A stretch of 64,000 nt of DNA from Azolla caroliniana. Taxonomy: Eukaryota > Plantae > Polypodiophyta. Of this stretch, positions 1-12,400 are shown piece after piece. Each line of letters opens with the position of its first letter. The first letter of the stretch is position 1. Where the stretch lies: positions 6,634,001-6,698,000 of the forward strand of contig JBHGNT010000010.1 in the NCBI GenBank assembly GCA_043228905.1, given 5' to 3'. The notes under the pieces were generated by a model that saw only the letters and a program-made list of their open reading frames with translations, did not search any database and was not told where the DNA came from. Made by a program: the position numbers and the translations under genes.

Positions 1-758
1 CCTATATGTTGAACGGATCAATATGCTAAAAGGATTGGCCAATGAAGAGGTCAACCAATATCTCAAGGAGAATCCAAAGTTGGTGCCACTATTTGAGATA
101 GATGTAATCTAAATGATTACCCCATATTTGTTAGGCTAGGATACAACAGAAGAGGAAAAATCAAACGAAATGAACCCACAACAATGACAATTACAACAAG
201 CATAGGAAGCAATGGAACATTAAATGCAAGTATCACAAAGAGTAAGTGCCTCAACCTTAGAAGAAGTTAATTTAGGATCGGCGGATAAATAGAAAACCGT
301 CCTAATAGTCAAGGAAATGGTGCAATATGACAAGATAGCCATGGTCAAACTATTACAAGAATATAAAGATGTATTTGCCTAGTTGTATGAAGACATGAAA
401 GGGCTGGATCAGAACTATGTTTTGTCAACATCAAATTCATTTAAACAAGGATGCCAAGAAAATTCAACAACGGATATACCGGATGAATCCGAACTATGCC
501 ACGAGAGTCAAGGAAGAAATCGACAATTTACTACGTGTCAGATTCATGGGACTGGTCAAAAGGGCTACCTGATTAAACCCAATCGTCGTAGTACCCAAGA
601 AAAATGGCAAAATCCGAGTATGTGTCGATTATTGCAAACTAAATTTGGCAACCATAATTGATGCCTTCCCTTTACCATTCACTACTGGCATTTTAGATGC
701 AGTAGCAAGGCATGAGATATAAAGCTTTCTTGACGGGTTCAATGGCTGCAATAAATTT
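1..758 (+). mobile_element. Degenerate Ty3/Gypsy pol (non-chromovirus, Athila/OTA-like), part 1: PR-RT linker and RT N-half
   Basis: Broken frames give KEEIDNLL, KNGKIRVCVDY, DAFPLPFT..ILDAVARHEI.SFLDGFNG. The RT is cut at 758 by a Copia LTR and resumes at 4227. Many stops and frameshifts. Lineage is inferred from motif style. Confidence 0.8.
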
Positions 759-1217
759 TGTTGAGTGGACAAGCTCAACAGGATCCGGATTGGCTAAATA
801 AGCCAGAGCCGGATCGGAGTCTGGAACAAAGAACCGATCGGGGTCTGGATTGGTATCCAAAACCAGAAACCGGATCAGAGAGACAGATCGGATTGTAACC
901 GGTAGGCCGTGAGAGTCCTACGAATCTAGCTTAGTACATATGCATATTTTTGGGAGTTTGTGATAGTAGCTCGTATGAGCATTGAAGTACCTTTCAGTAC
1001 TTCTGTTAGTCCTTTCATGGACTTGTATAAAAGTGCTCACTGAGCACATTGTATGTACAGAGTGTTATTATTTTGAATTGAGTTGATGCTTTCTGCTCTC
1101 TCTGTCTCTCCTATTTATTCTCTACTCTTAAGCTTCCATTAAACCTTCATCCTCTGTTTTTTCCATTGCTATCCGGATAAACCGGTTTGTCAAATCTTTC
1201 GCACATTAACTTTGACA
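759..1217 (+). repeat. 5' LTR of Copia family A
   Basis: Starts TGTTGAG and ends TTTGACA. TATA-like TGTATAAAAG near 1024. tRNA-iMet PBS at 1218. Homologous to LTRs at 17209-17619, 39985-40452, 41778-42212, 51903-52335 and 63929+. Confidence 0.9.
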
Positions 1218-4200
1218 TGGTATCAAAGCGCGAGGGTTGATAACCTCCCAGTCGAGGGGCATTTACTGAAGACAAACCCTAACACCCGATAAAGAACAGA
1301 AGATGGACAGAGATATGGCAAGCTCGCTTCCAACAGCGAAGCTTGATAAACACAACTATGCATCTTGGTCATACAAGATGCACCAGTATCTGCTCAGACA
1401 TTGATATTGGAGTTATGTTGACGGTGAGAATGAAATAGTGCTGGAGTCGTCACAAAAGGAGTTCCAGGCATGGGAACAAGGAGTAAGGAGAGTTCTATAT
1501 TGCCTTGCGTCCTTTGTGCACAACTAGATGATCGGCTACATTAGAGATGCTACGACGCCGAAACTGGCCTAGATAAATCTGAAAAAGATTTCACCGCGAG
1601 TACCTCAGCCTGGAAGCTACAACTTCAACAACAATCGAACAATATCCGACAAAAGGATATGTAAGTTTCATACTACACCGCTAAGATAAAGGAGATTTGT
1701 GATGCATTAGGGTCCATTGATATCACGATAGACGAGGATGAAATGGTGCAAATCTACCTCGTTGGTCTGGCTCAAAGGTACGGGCCCATTCGGACTGCTA
1801 TCCTCACCCAGGAGAAACCACTGTCCTTTTTTGACCTGCAATCAATGCTGATGGTCGAAGAAAACCATGCAAGTGGGTCAAGGACCACCCAATCAAACAG
1901 TTGGATGTTGTACACAGAGGCGGCTCATCCCCGTGGACATGGAGGACGAGATGGGTTGGCACGCAATGGATGCGGTCGACAAGAGCAGAACCGGAGGCAC
2001 AATGATGGTGCCGACAACAGTTCCGGACCCTCCATCGGCAGGAAGTCCCTTTAAGCCATGTCAGAAAAAAACGAAAGCTAATGAACGTATTACGTGTTCC
2101 GAGAATCACAAAGAACCTGGTGTTAATCAGGCAGATTGTCGACCAGGGCATGCAGGTGCGGTAACATCGGCACTGCTATGTTTGCAAAAGGACAAAAAGT
2201 CGACTTGGATATTGACTTGTGGCACAAGCAGATCAGCCACGTCAACTATCAACGGCTTCAAGACTTACAATTGAAACAAGTAATTTTCGGATTGCCAAAA
2301 TTCAGTGGCCGGAAGGCTCAAATTTGTGAAGCATGCCAGCTCGGGAAGCAACACCAGCTTCTATTCCCCACGGAAAGAAATCGGAGCCGTAACAAGCTCG
2401 ATCTAATACATTCAGATGTATGGGGACCGTCATAGAATGTAAGTCTTGGTAGGAGCCGATATTTCGTCTCCTTCATTGACGGCTACAGCCGGCACACGTG
2501 GATCTACCTCATCGAGAAGAAAAGCGAAGTCTTCGACTGTTTTCGGAACCTGCAAAGTCTTGTCAAACAGGAAACGAAGAGGAAGATCAAGTGCATGTGG
2601 TTGGATGGCGAAAAGAATACTTTTCCAGCCAGTTCAATAGTTATATGCAGCATAAAGGAATTCAAAGAGAATTCAGTTGTCCATACACACCGGAACAAAA
2701 TGGTGTGGTCGTAAGGAAGAACCGGTCAATTGTGGATGCGGCACAGACAATGCTCGAAGAGAAGAGCATGCCCAAGTTCTATTGGGCCAAGGCAGTGCGG
2801 ACGGTCGTCTACATCCGAAACCAGATTGGGAATAAGGTTTCAGCACATGAGCTATATGTCAGGCGTAAGTCGAATTTAAGGCACCTTAGGATATTCAGTA
2901 GCATAGCCTATGTGCATGTGCCGAATGAGAAACGGAGAAAGTTGAACCCGAGGTTGGAGATGTGCATCATTGTTGGCTACTCACATGAGCAAAAGGGGTA
3001 TAAGTGCTATACACCCCGAACAAATCAAGTTCTAGTGAGCCGAGATGTCGAATTTGATGAGTCGACATCATGGTACTCTCTACCGGCTCTGATGTCCGAC
3101 TCCGATCCGATTCTGGAGGACGAGGCTAGTGAACCCCACACGATCCGGGCAGAAGATGAAGAAGCATTTGGTACTCAAGATGAGAGTCTGATCTCATTCC
3201 GTATAAGTGGACCAAATGAGCGACGGAGTCAGAATGACCAGTCAGATGAAGAGTTGGCGAGTAGTGGAGACTCGGTCATGCTCTCCCCACGCAAGGAACC
3301 GAGGAGACGGTTCACGCGCAAAGAGAAGGGGAAGAAGAAGATCCCAGAATATGACACCGGCAGAGACGAGTCCGATCGGAGAGAATCTGACTCCGGACAG
3401 ATCGAAGACGGACCTTCGGAGAGAAGTCTGAGTCGGCCAAGCAGGCCAAGTGATCGGCAAAGCAAAAACTGCGCCGATCCACCCACTAGAAGAACCCTGT
3501 GAAGAGGTATGGGTACAATGAGTATATGGCGCATCATTATGCGTACATGAGGAAGGTGGTGAAGTGTGTGAGCCGGAGAGCAACGTAGAAGTGGCAAAGG
3601 ACGCAAATTGCCGTGCCGCTATGGAGGAAGAGATGCACACACTCATGGAGAATGAGATGTGGGATTTAGTGGATGTACCGAAAGGAGTGAAGTCGATCAG
3701 TTGTCGATGGGTATACAAGGTCAAATGCAACATCGACGGCTCCGTCAACGGGTACAAGACCCGGATAGTGGCCAAGGGCTACGCGCAGCAGCACGGCATT
3801 GACTACGATAAAACGTTCGCACCGGTCACGAAGATGGCGAAAGTCTGTGTCTTGTTTGCGGTGGCAGCGGCGAAGGGGTGGCATCTACATCAAATGGATG
3901 TGAAAAATGTGTTCCTGCAAGGTGATCTTGAGGAACAAGTGTTTATGGTTCAGCCCCTTGGATTTTAGTCGGAGATGAACAAGTCAGAAGTGTGCCGACT
4001 CAAGAAGTCGCTTTACAACCTAAAGCAAGCCCCTCGTGCTTGGAATTCGAAAATTATGCACCGTTTGCATAAGATGGGGTTTGCGGCCTCCAAGTCGGAC
4101 ACTTCGATGTTCATCCGGAAAGGTCCGGACGGTTCAATATGTATCTTGTTATATGTAGATGATCTGTTTTTCCGTTGCTATCCGAATAAACCGGTTTGTC

Positions 4201-4226
4201 AAAGTTTCCACACATTAACGTTGACA
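759..4226 (+). mobile_element. Ty1/Copia 'family A' element, degenerate and internally deleted, inserted in the Gypsy RT
   Basis: 5' LTR 759-1217 (TG...CA) is followed directly by PBS TGGTATCAAAGC. Gag KLDKHNYASWSYKMHQYLL, integrase CEACQLGKQ/HSDVWGP/PYTPEQNG, RT WVYKVK/HQMDVKN/LLYVDD. After YVDD the sequence jumps to the last ~63 bp of the 3' LTR (4164-4226, matching 1154-1217). Flanks AA(A)TTT/AAATT resemble an imperfect TSD. Confidence 0.9.
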
Positions 4227-5955
4227 AAATTTGAATGCATCTTGAGCATCAAGAAAAAACGAAATTCGTCACGGAATGGGGGGGTATTTGTAGCAGTAGT
4301 AATGATGTTCAGACTAAAGACTCTCCTAGTTACATTCCAGCATATAATTATGGAAATCTTTGGTGATTACATCCATGCATTCATGCGGGTATTGTTTTTA
4401 GATGACTTCGTCGTTTAGAGTAAAAAGGTCGACCATCTGGAGCACGTACGACTTTGTTTAGAGAAGTGCATAATGGCTCGCTTAAGCCTAAATCTGACCA
4501 AATGCGTTTTCGGCATTACAAGTGGCACATTACTAGGTCATATTGTGAGTCCTGATAAGGTAATTTAAGCTATATTAAAAGCACCGACCCCAAAAAATAC
4601 CAAAGCCCAAAGCCGATTTCTAAGACAGATTAGATGGCACAGCCGAATGATCCGATACCTCGATGATTTTGCAACACCCCTTAATGGAGCAGTCCACCCA
4701 AGACCATTCCAGTGGATGGAAATAATAGAAAAAGTATATTTGGGCTTGAAGTTTATGTTGTCATAGGTGTCGGTGGTCCAACCACCTAATTGGTCAAAGG
4801 ACTTCCATGTGCTTGTCAATGCATCTGATAGTGCAATCGGCATCAGCCTCATGTAATTAACAAAGCTGAACTGGTATCGACTAGTTTATTATGCCATTCG
4901 AAAACTCTCAGTGACCGAGCAGAACTATTCAACAACAGAGAGGGAAGCATTAGGTATGGTGTATAGTGTTAACAAATTCTGACATTATCTTCTGGGCTGG
5001 AAGTTCACGTTTCACGTCAACCATTTGGCACTACTATACTTAGTGTTGAAACTGTCTTTAACTGGTAAATTGGCGTTGGACATTGTTACTCCAAGAATTT
5101 GAGTTCGACATTTACCATCTACTAGGAATACAACATATTGTAGTTGATTATCTAAGTCGGCTAGAATCAGGAGAAACTGGTGACGGAGTAAAAGATTATT
5201 TTCCGGACAACCAATTATTTCACATTGATGCAACCAAATCAACTGAAGTAGACAACGAACTAGAAGGCAAATGGCTAAATCATATGCTATGCTTTCTTAC
5301 TATTGGCTTATCACCGCAATGGATGACACAAGATGAGAAGAAAAGTCTTTTAGTCCAAAGCCGAAATTTTTGTGTAATTCAAGACACATTATACCATAAG
5401 GGCATTAATGGCATTTGCCGTCAGACAATACAACAATATGAAAAAGAAGCAGTGTTGTGGGAAGCGCATTGTGCAGTCGCAGGAGGCCATTAAGCCCGCG
5501 ATACAAAGGCTACGAAAATTTGGAATAGTGGATTACGGTGGCCGACAACGCTGAAGGATGCAACTAAGTATTGTCGCAAATGAGATTTGTGTCAATGGAT
5601 TGGCCAACTGAATGAGAAAGCCAGAATGCCACATTAGCCAGTCTTACTGTTAGAGCCATTTCAAAAATGGGGTTTAGATTTTGTCGGCCCTTTCAAGCCG
5701 ACAACGGCAGGGACAAAAAATAGATACATCATCGTCACCACAAACTATTGCACTAAATTGGTCGAAGCCAAAGTGTTGCATGACAACACGGTCGCATCAA
5801 CGTCGAGATTTTTGTATGAAAATATATGGTGTCGATTCGGATGTCCACTTGAGTTGATCAATGACCAAGGTGGACATTTCATTAACAAGATCATTCAGGC
5901 GCTTATGTACCGCTATGTCGTAATCCATAAGAAGAGCACGCCGTATTATCCTCAG
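4227..5955 (+). mobile_element. Degenerate Ty3/Gypsy pol, part 2: RT C-half, RNase H, integrase
   Basis: FVTEWGVF, FLDDF, NYSTTEREALGMVY, WMLLLQEFEF-like, PFQKWGLDFVGP, LINDQGGHF, STPYYPQ in RT-RH-IN order. Cut at 5956 by another LTR. Confidence 0.85.
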
Positions 5956-7955
5956 TGTTAGGAATTTGTCTCGCCTATGGGAGAAGTCGCCAATCAAAGT
6001 CAAGGAAGAAGTCACCAGTCGAATCGATTAGCCGACTGGATGGTCGAAGACAAGGCCGACAAGTCGGGCTGATTAATTATTATATATATATTATAATAAT
6101 AACATATACCTCCTATATATAGGAATAGCTAGTTTAAACTTATGGGTAATGATGTGCATAGAGCTTCTATAGTAGAGAGTAGAAGTGAGTGTAACAAAGA
6201 GTAGGAAGAGATGCAAGATTGCGAGAGAGAGAGGCATAGTTTAGTGGAACTAGCCAAAACCCTAAGTGGGTATTCTCTGATTCCTCAATGTTTTGTAATC
6301 TGTTTTTCCTCTTGTATCTCTATTGTATAGTGAATATCTATTGCTCATGGTTTTGCCCTATTTAGGGTTTCCACGTAAAACTAGTGTATCGTGTACTCTC
6401 TGTATTTTGTTGTTTTCTATTCTGTATATTTTCTGTTGATCTACAGTTCATATCTCGACAAATTGGTATCAGAGCGAGGTTCAAGAATGGAAGGAGGCAT
6501 GGCGGTTTCTCAAGAATGATAGTCCTGAACTCACATAACTACTCCGACTGGAAGATCAAGATGGAAGATCTTCTGATAGTCAAAGACTTGTACGAGCCCA
6601 TACACAAAAGTGAAATACCCACAGGGGTATTGGAGTCTAAATGGAAACTCCTGAACATGAAGGCAGTGGCCACCATCAGACAATGTGTAGACGTGAGTGT
6701 CCTATAGCATGTGGATAACGACACAAATGCCTACGAAATGTGGCACAAACTGTCAAGGTTGTACAAGAGGAAGAATACGCTCAACAAAATATCTTTGATG
6801 AGAAAGATTGTGAGACTGAAGTACAGAGATGGAGAAAGCATTGTGGTACACATTAACACCTTCATGGGGTTGGTGAATCAACTTGAAGCAACAAAGTTTC
6901 CATTAGATGATGTTATGCATGCCTTGTTGCTACTATGTACACTGTCGAATAGCTGGGAGAACCTGATGGTGTCTATCAATACCTCATGCCAAGAAGAAAA
7001 CTTGTCCTTGGTAGAGACAAGTATCCTAAATGAGGAAACAAAAAGGAGGCACAAGGGTGTCCTATCCTAGTTAGGGGAAAATGTTGCACAACATTCCGGC
7101 AGAGGAAGAAGTAGGCAAAGAAGTCCACAAAACAGAGACAAGTCTCATGCGAGATCCAAATCCATAGAAAAACTCACATGTTTTTATTGTGGAAAACCTG
7201 GACACTTCCATTAGGACTGTAGACACCTTAAGAGAGACAAATGTGCTTCAAACGATGTCGAACCCAAAAGCATTTTTGATGAAAAGGGCACTTCGGCCAT
7301 GGCTACGAGTGAAGAAGAATTTTTGTCCTTGCAAGTGAAGAGTGTGCTTAGGCAATCGACTCTAGTGCATCGTTTCATATAACTCCCTTGAGAGTGTTTC
7401 TCGTCTTACACAACCAGTGACTATGACTATGTAAAGATAGGAGACAATGGTGAATGCAAGATAGCTGGCATTGGAAGTGTATGCCTGACAACGTTGACCG
7501 ATTGTCGGCTGACCCTGAGGGATGTTCGACATGTGCCAAATATCAGGTTGAATCTAATATCAATAGGAAGAATGTACGATGAAGGCTATAGTGGTATTTT
7601 TTGAAACGCGAAATGTAAATTCTATCTGGGAAATCTCATAATGACCTGAGCACAGAAACAAAGCACTCTGTATATGATGCATGCCAAGTTGTGCAAGGAC
7701 GAAGCAAACGTGGCAACCGACTCAAGTGGAGAGATATGGAACTAGGGGCTTGACCACATGCATATCCTAACCGACCAAAACCTTCATCCAGAAGTACAAG
7801 GAGTGCACTTGGAGAGAGGCATGTATATCCTAACTAACCAAAAACTTCATCCAGAAGTAAAAGGAGTGCACATGGAGAGATGTGTCGACTGCCTAGTCGG
7901 ACGCAAAACAGAGTTGTGTTCCACTCGAGACCACCAAAGAGAAGAGAAGACGAGA
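5956..7955 (+). mobile_element. Tnt1/Tork-like Ty1/Copia, 5' half only (LTR, PBS, gag, PR, start of IN), degenerate
   Basis: LTR 5956-6460 (TGTTAGG...CGACA), PBS TGGTATCAGAGC at 6464. Gag from 6487 (LNSHNYSDWKIKMEDLLIVKDLYEPI) matches the gag at 37838. CCHC knuckle CFYCGKPGH, DSSASFH. Ends abruptly against an opposite-strand Copia. Confidence 0.88.
7757..7882 (+). repeat. 63-bp tandem duplication inside the integrase zinc-finger region
   Basis: MHILTDQNLHPEVQGVHLERG followed by MYILTNQKLHPEVKGVHMERC. Confidence 0.85.
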
Positions 7956-8304
7956 TGTGTGAATCGAACTTGCAACGCATGGTCGACGATCTGCCCAACC
8001 GACACTAGGTTTCTTTGTGATTGTCGGAACATGCACCATGTTCATAAGTTTCCCCCTTCTGTCTGACATGGCTAAGGGGAACTTCTCCGACATGTTCGAT
8101 CGGTTACGAAGTGTCGTCTCCAATTTCGACCACTCCTAGTTGCTTCGGTTTCTCTAAATATGAGAACCATTCTTCATGGCTCGTCATGTGGTTTGATGCT
8201 CCGGAGACAATGTACCACACCTCATCCGATTGTGAGGTGGTCTTCTTGTGCTTCATCACAATTTTCAGTCTTTCTGGTTCCGGATCCTTCCGATCCTTTA
8301 GTGG

Positions 8305-9402
8305 TGTCGTGAAGTACGAAAGCTTCACATTAAAAGTCTACAATAAGATAAATACGTAACTAAAATAAAATAAATCTTGATAATATTTTATACATAAAGA
8401 TAATATTAACAACACACTATGATAATATTATACATTATATGTAGAGGTAAATAGATAAATATATATGTTATATTACATGGACAAGAGAGGATTTGAGCCA
8501 ATAATCCCCACCTTATGACACTCTAACCTTACCATTTAGCCTATACTAACAATTTACAAGAGACTATATGCATTGTTTTATTTGAAGTAGTATTTTATAG
8601 TCTAAACCATATAATACACTATATAGCAAATTACATGGGCAAATGGGGACTTGAACAAACAACCCCAACCTTACGGACATTCAAACCTTACCATTTAGCC
8701 TATACTGGTGATATATATAAAATATTCTGTTGTAATATTGTATGGTTTAAACCATGAAATGTACCACATGTGCACCATATAGCACACATGCAAGAGCTTC
8801 TCTGCATGTGCGCCACATGGCCCACATGTAGAACCATCTCTTCCCTATAAAAGGAGAAGGGAGTATAATCACAAGGAAAATCAAGGAATCAATCAATCAT
8901 ATTGAATAGAATTATTGTATAGAATTGAGCGAAATTATATTGTAAGAGATATCATAATAGAGAAAGAGAGAGAGAAAGTAAAAGCTATATACAATCTTCA
9001 AAAGACAAGAGAAGAACTAGCTTGGTGGCGGCGGTGCGCAACTCGCAACGAAAAGGCGGAGGTTCGAGTCTTATCTCATTGAAAGATAGAAGAGAAGATT
9101 GTGGTCTACTATCAAGAAAGAGAAGAGTGATAGAAGCGAAGATTGTGGTCGACCTTGTGAGACAAATTTCGAAATCAACAACGCTCGCAACTATTTTGTA
9201 ACTCTTTCATGAAATAATTATAAATTTCTTACATTCCCTCAATTATCATTTTACATCCTATCTTGTCATATCTTGTTGATCACTATTTATCTATTTCTAC
9301 TCTTCCATCTCTTCCGTCCAAAATCCCAGCGATTCCTTCCTCACTTTCACGTTATCTTCTGGTGACACAACGCTACGCTTCTAGGCCAGCCACACCAGGA
9401 CA
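8305..9402 (+). repeat. Gypsy 5' LTR
   Basis: Direct repeat of 15124-16213 with scattered substitutions. TATA CTATAAAAGG near 8845. Confidence 0.95.
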
Positions 9403-9407
9403 CAATC

Positions 9408-9425
9408 TGGTGAACCCGACGTGAA
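9408..9425 (+). promoter_or_regulatory. Primer-binding site complementary to the tRNA-Trp 3' end
   Basis: TGGTGAACCCGACGTGAA is the reverse complement of the plant cytosolic tRNA-Trp 3' end (...TTCACGTCGGGTTCACCA, recalled from memory). It lies 5 nt after the LTR. Confidence 0.85.
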
Positions 9426-9469
9426 ACAGGGAAGTAGAAGAGACATCTAAAGTAAAGATCAACATCAAC

Positions 9470-12400
9470 ATGGCAAGTACGAGTACAATGGATCCGGTAA
9501 TGTTGTTTATTGAAAAGTTGAATCAAGATCAATTATTTCATGCCTTACGAGAAGTCCGAGAGAAGATTGGTATGTTTGATGGCACAAATATTTCAAAGTA
9601 TGTGAATATATATTATGATGAAATGGAAATGTCTGGTATAAATGATGTCAATATGATAGCAAACTTTTATAAATTAGTGGACATGGAATTAAGAGATAGA
9701 ATTCATGAAATACAAACATTGCATAGTTTGGATTGGAATGCATTCAAAGAAGCACTTGTGTCTGAATATGCTCGTGAGGATTTCTCTCGCATTATTATGC
9801 GTTCATTCCATGAATGGGTCCTAAAAGAAAATAAAGGATTATCTGCTGACACGAAAAAAGAGTTTGATAGATTGTATGGACACTTAAAGCTAGAGGAAAG
9901 AAATTATTTGTCTTGGCAAAAGGTTGCTTTATTTTTGCAGGAAGTTGACAAGAGATATAGAAAAGAATTAGAATTCATGCTTGAAGTACCAAATACTGAG
10001 GATGGTATAACTACAGATTGGAATGAGGTAACAAATGCTTGTAATGAATTTATGAAAAGAATGCAAAGGAATGGTGCAATGTTACAAATACCACATGTGG
10101 GAATCACAAATCAGCTTGAGCAAAACATCGAAGTTCAAAGACTTGGTCGAGAACCATCACACGAAATGGTCCATGAACCACGAGAAATGATCGAAACTAA
10201 GAGTGAGTCTTTGCTTGATGATTTAGTTCAAAGTATGAAAGATCTAACAATTAAAGTGGCAAAGCTTGAGAATGGTCAGACTTCGAGGTTAAGGGAACCA
10301 TTTCGGCCCCGATGCATGTGGTGTGATAGTCTCGAACATCGTCTACGTGATTGTGAAGAATATAAAGACATGGAAAATCAAGATTTGGTGTATTGGAAAA
10401 ATGGTAACATTTATTTAACTGAAACTAGAAGTCCACTTACAAAGAACTTTGGTGATGGTGGTGTTAAGGTTCAATTTGAAGAAGCTAAAGCAAAGAAGGC
10501 TTTCGCAATGTACTACTCGGCAACGGCAGGAATGCGCCTCAATCACATGCCATCCCGATCATCATTCTAGGAGAAGGTTGTAAGTACCACACAAAAGCAA
10601 AAGATGAAGATGGAAGACCTTCGTGTTGTCGGAGATTCTATAAGGAAAAACACTAGATGGGATGTTCCAATAGATGTTATGACGGTCTATGCTCAGATGG
10701 CAGAACACCAAGAGCGTGAGGTGATGGTGGAAGAAAAAAGGAAAAGATCGGATGATGAGATTGGCTCAACCAAAAACCATGAAACAAGAGAAAGCAAAAG
10801 AAAAGAGATGGACGCAAAAGTTGAAAAAGGTAAATCTGGTCCTTCATTCAAATTAATGTCTAATATTGAAAAGGATACAGATTTAAAGAAAATTTTAGAA
10901 ACAAGAATCTAGATAGTCGAGTAGAATTTACACTAAGAGAAGTGTTAGGTATTGCAATAAAGGAATTTCATGATGAAATCATTGATATTGTGCGAAGAAA
11001 GAAGCAAGTAAATGAGCAGGTTAAAGAGATAAATCCGAAGGTGGCATATGAAGTGGTGAGCAACGAGTCAAACAATATCATTGTTGACTCTCAACATGCA
11101 TCGACCTCAATTCAATAGATGTAAGAAGCCATTACTCTCGCAAATGTTGGGTAAGCGCCACTACTGAGCATCATGTGAAGATTGGAAATGTTCCAAACCC
11201 CGTGATGGCACTTATTGATCATGGTTCTGAAATAAATATAATGAGTGCTGATTTTTACAGGAAAGGTAGATGGCCAATCGATACTCAGCATGGTTGGCGA
11301 GTAAAAGCTGCCACATCAGTCACGGAAGATTTATTTGGTGCATGCCCAAATGTAAAGGTTACTATTGGTGATATAGAGGTAGATCAACATTTCTTTGTGT
11401 AGGAAGGATCTACCTATCCAATAATCTTGGGGTAACCATACATCACAGCAGTACGGATGGAGACCAAAGTCCTTGACAATGGTTCTGCCTATGCGACAAT
11501 CCGTAGCCAAGATGGACGACGAATTGTACAGTTTATGACAGTTCGCCCAAATCATGAGAGGAACAAGCAAGAGCTTCGTGATCATTCAATACCAAAAGAT
11601 TGTGAGGATTTTGATAATCAGGTTTTTGAATAGGACTGTTGCGAGTGAGGGTTGCAATAGTCCCATTATTAAAAGACCCTCATATAGGGCATTACAACAT
11701 ATGAATAAGTCATTTCATGTTTCTGAAAGTGGTGCTATATGTGTGACTAGGATGTATGAATGCAAGAGGAACTTGAAAAAGAATGCTAATCTGTTTCAGC
11801 AGGCATTGAAGGATAATGGAGTACTTGAAATGGAAGAGCAGATTGAAAGTGTTATAAAAGAAATTTCTTTTGTAAATACTTTAGAAGAGTTAGAAATGTA
11901 TTTGAAAGAAGATAATGAGAATGTTAGAAAGATACATGTAAACTCAGTTGATATGTATTATGAAATTGATAAGTATAATTGTAAATATGAAGAAGTAGAA
12001 GGTTTATGTAACACAAAATATAAAACAATAGATAAAAAGATTAAACCTGTTGCAGTACCATTACCTATTGGTAGCGAAGAGAAGATGAAGGCAACATCAA
12101 CTGACCCTATGCTTCGACCAATAGAGAAGATTGGACATCACTTCACTTCAGATACAATAAATAACTTAAGAATCGAAGGGGGTGAATTTCTTCTACAATC
12201 AGAGATTGCGACTTTCAAAGACATGATCTTTAGGCATGGGAAAGCGTTCGCATTCAAAGCCGAGGAGATTGGTTGTGTAGATCCAAAGGTGGTAACGCCA
12301 ATGGTAATATCTACTATCCCTCATATTCCTTGGAATTTTAAACCTATTGCAGTACCGACAGCTCAATTACCTCAATTGTTGGAGCTACTGAAGGATAAAG

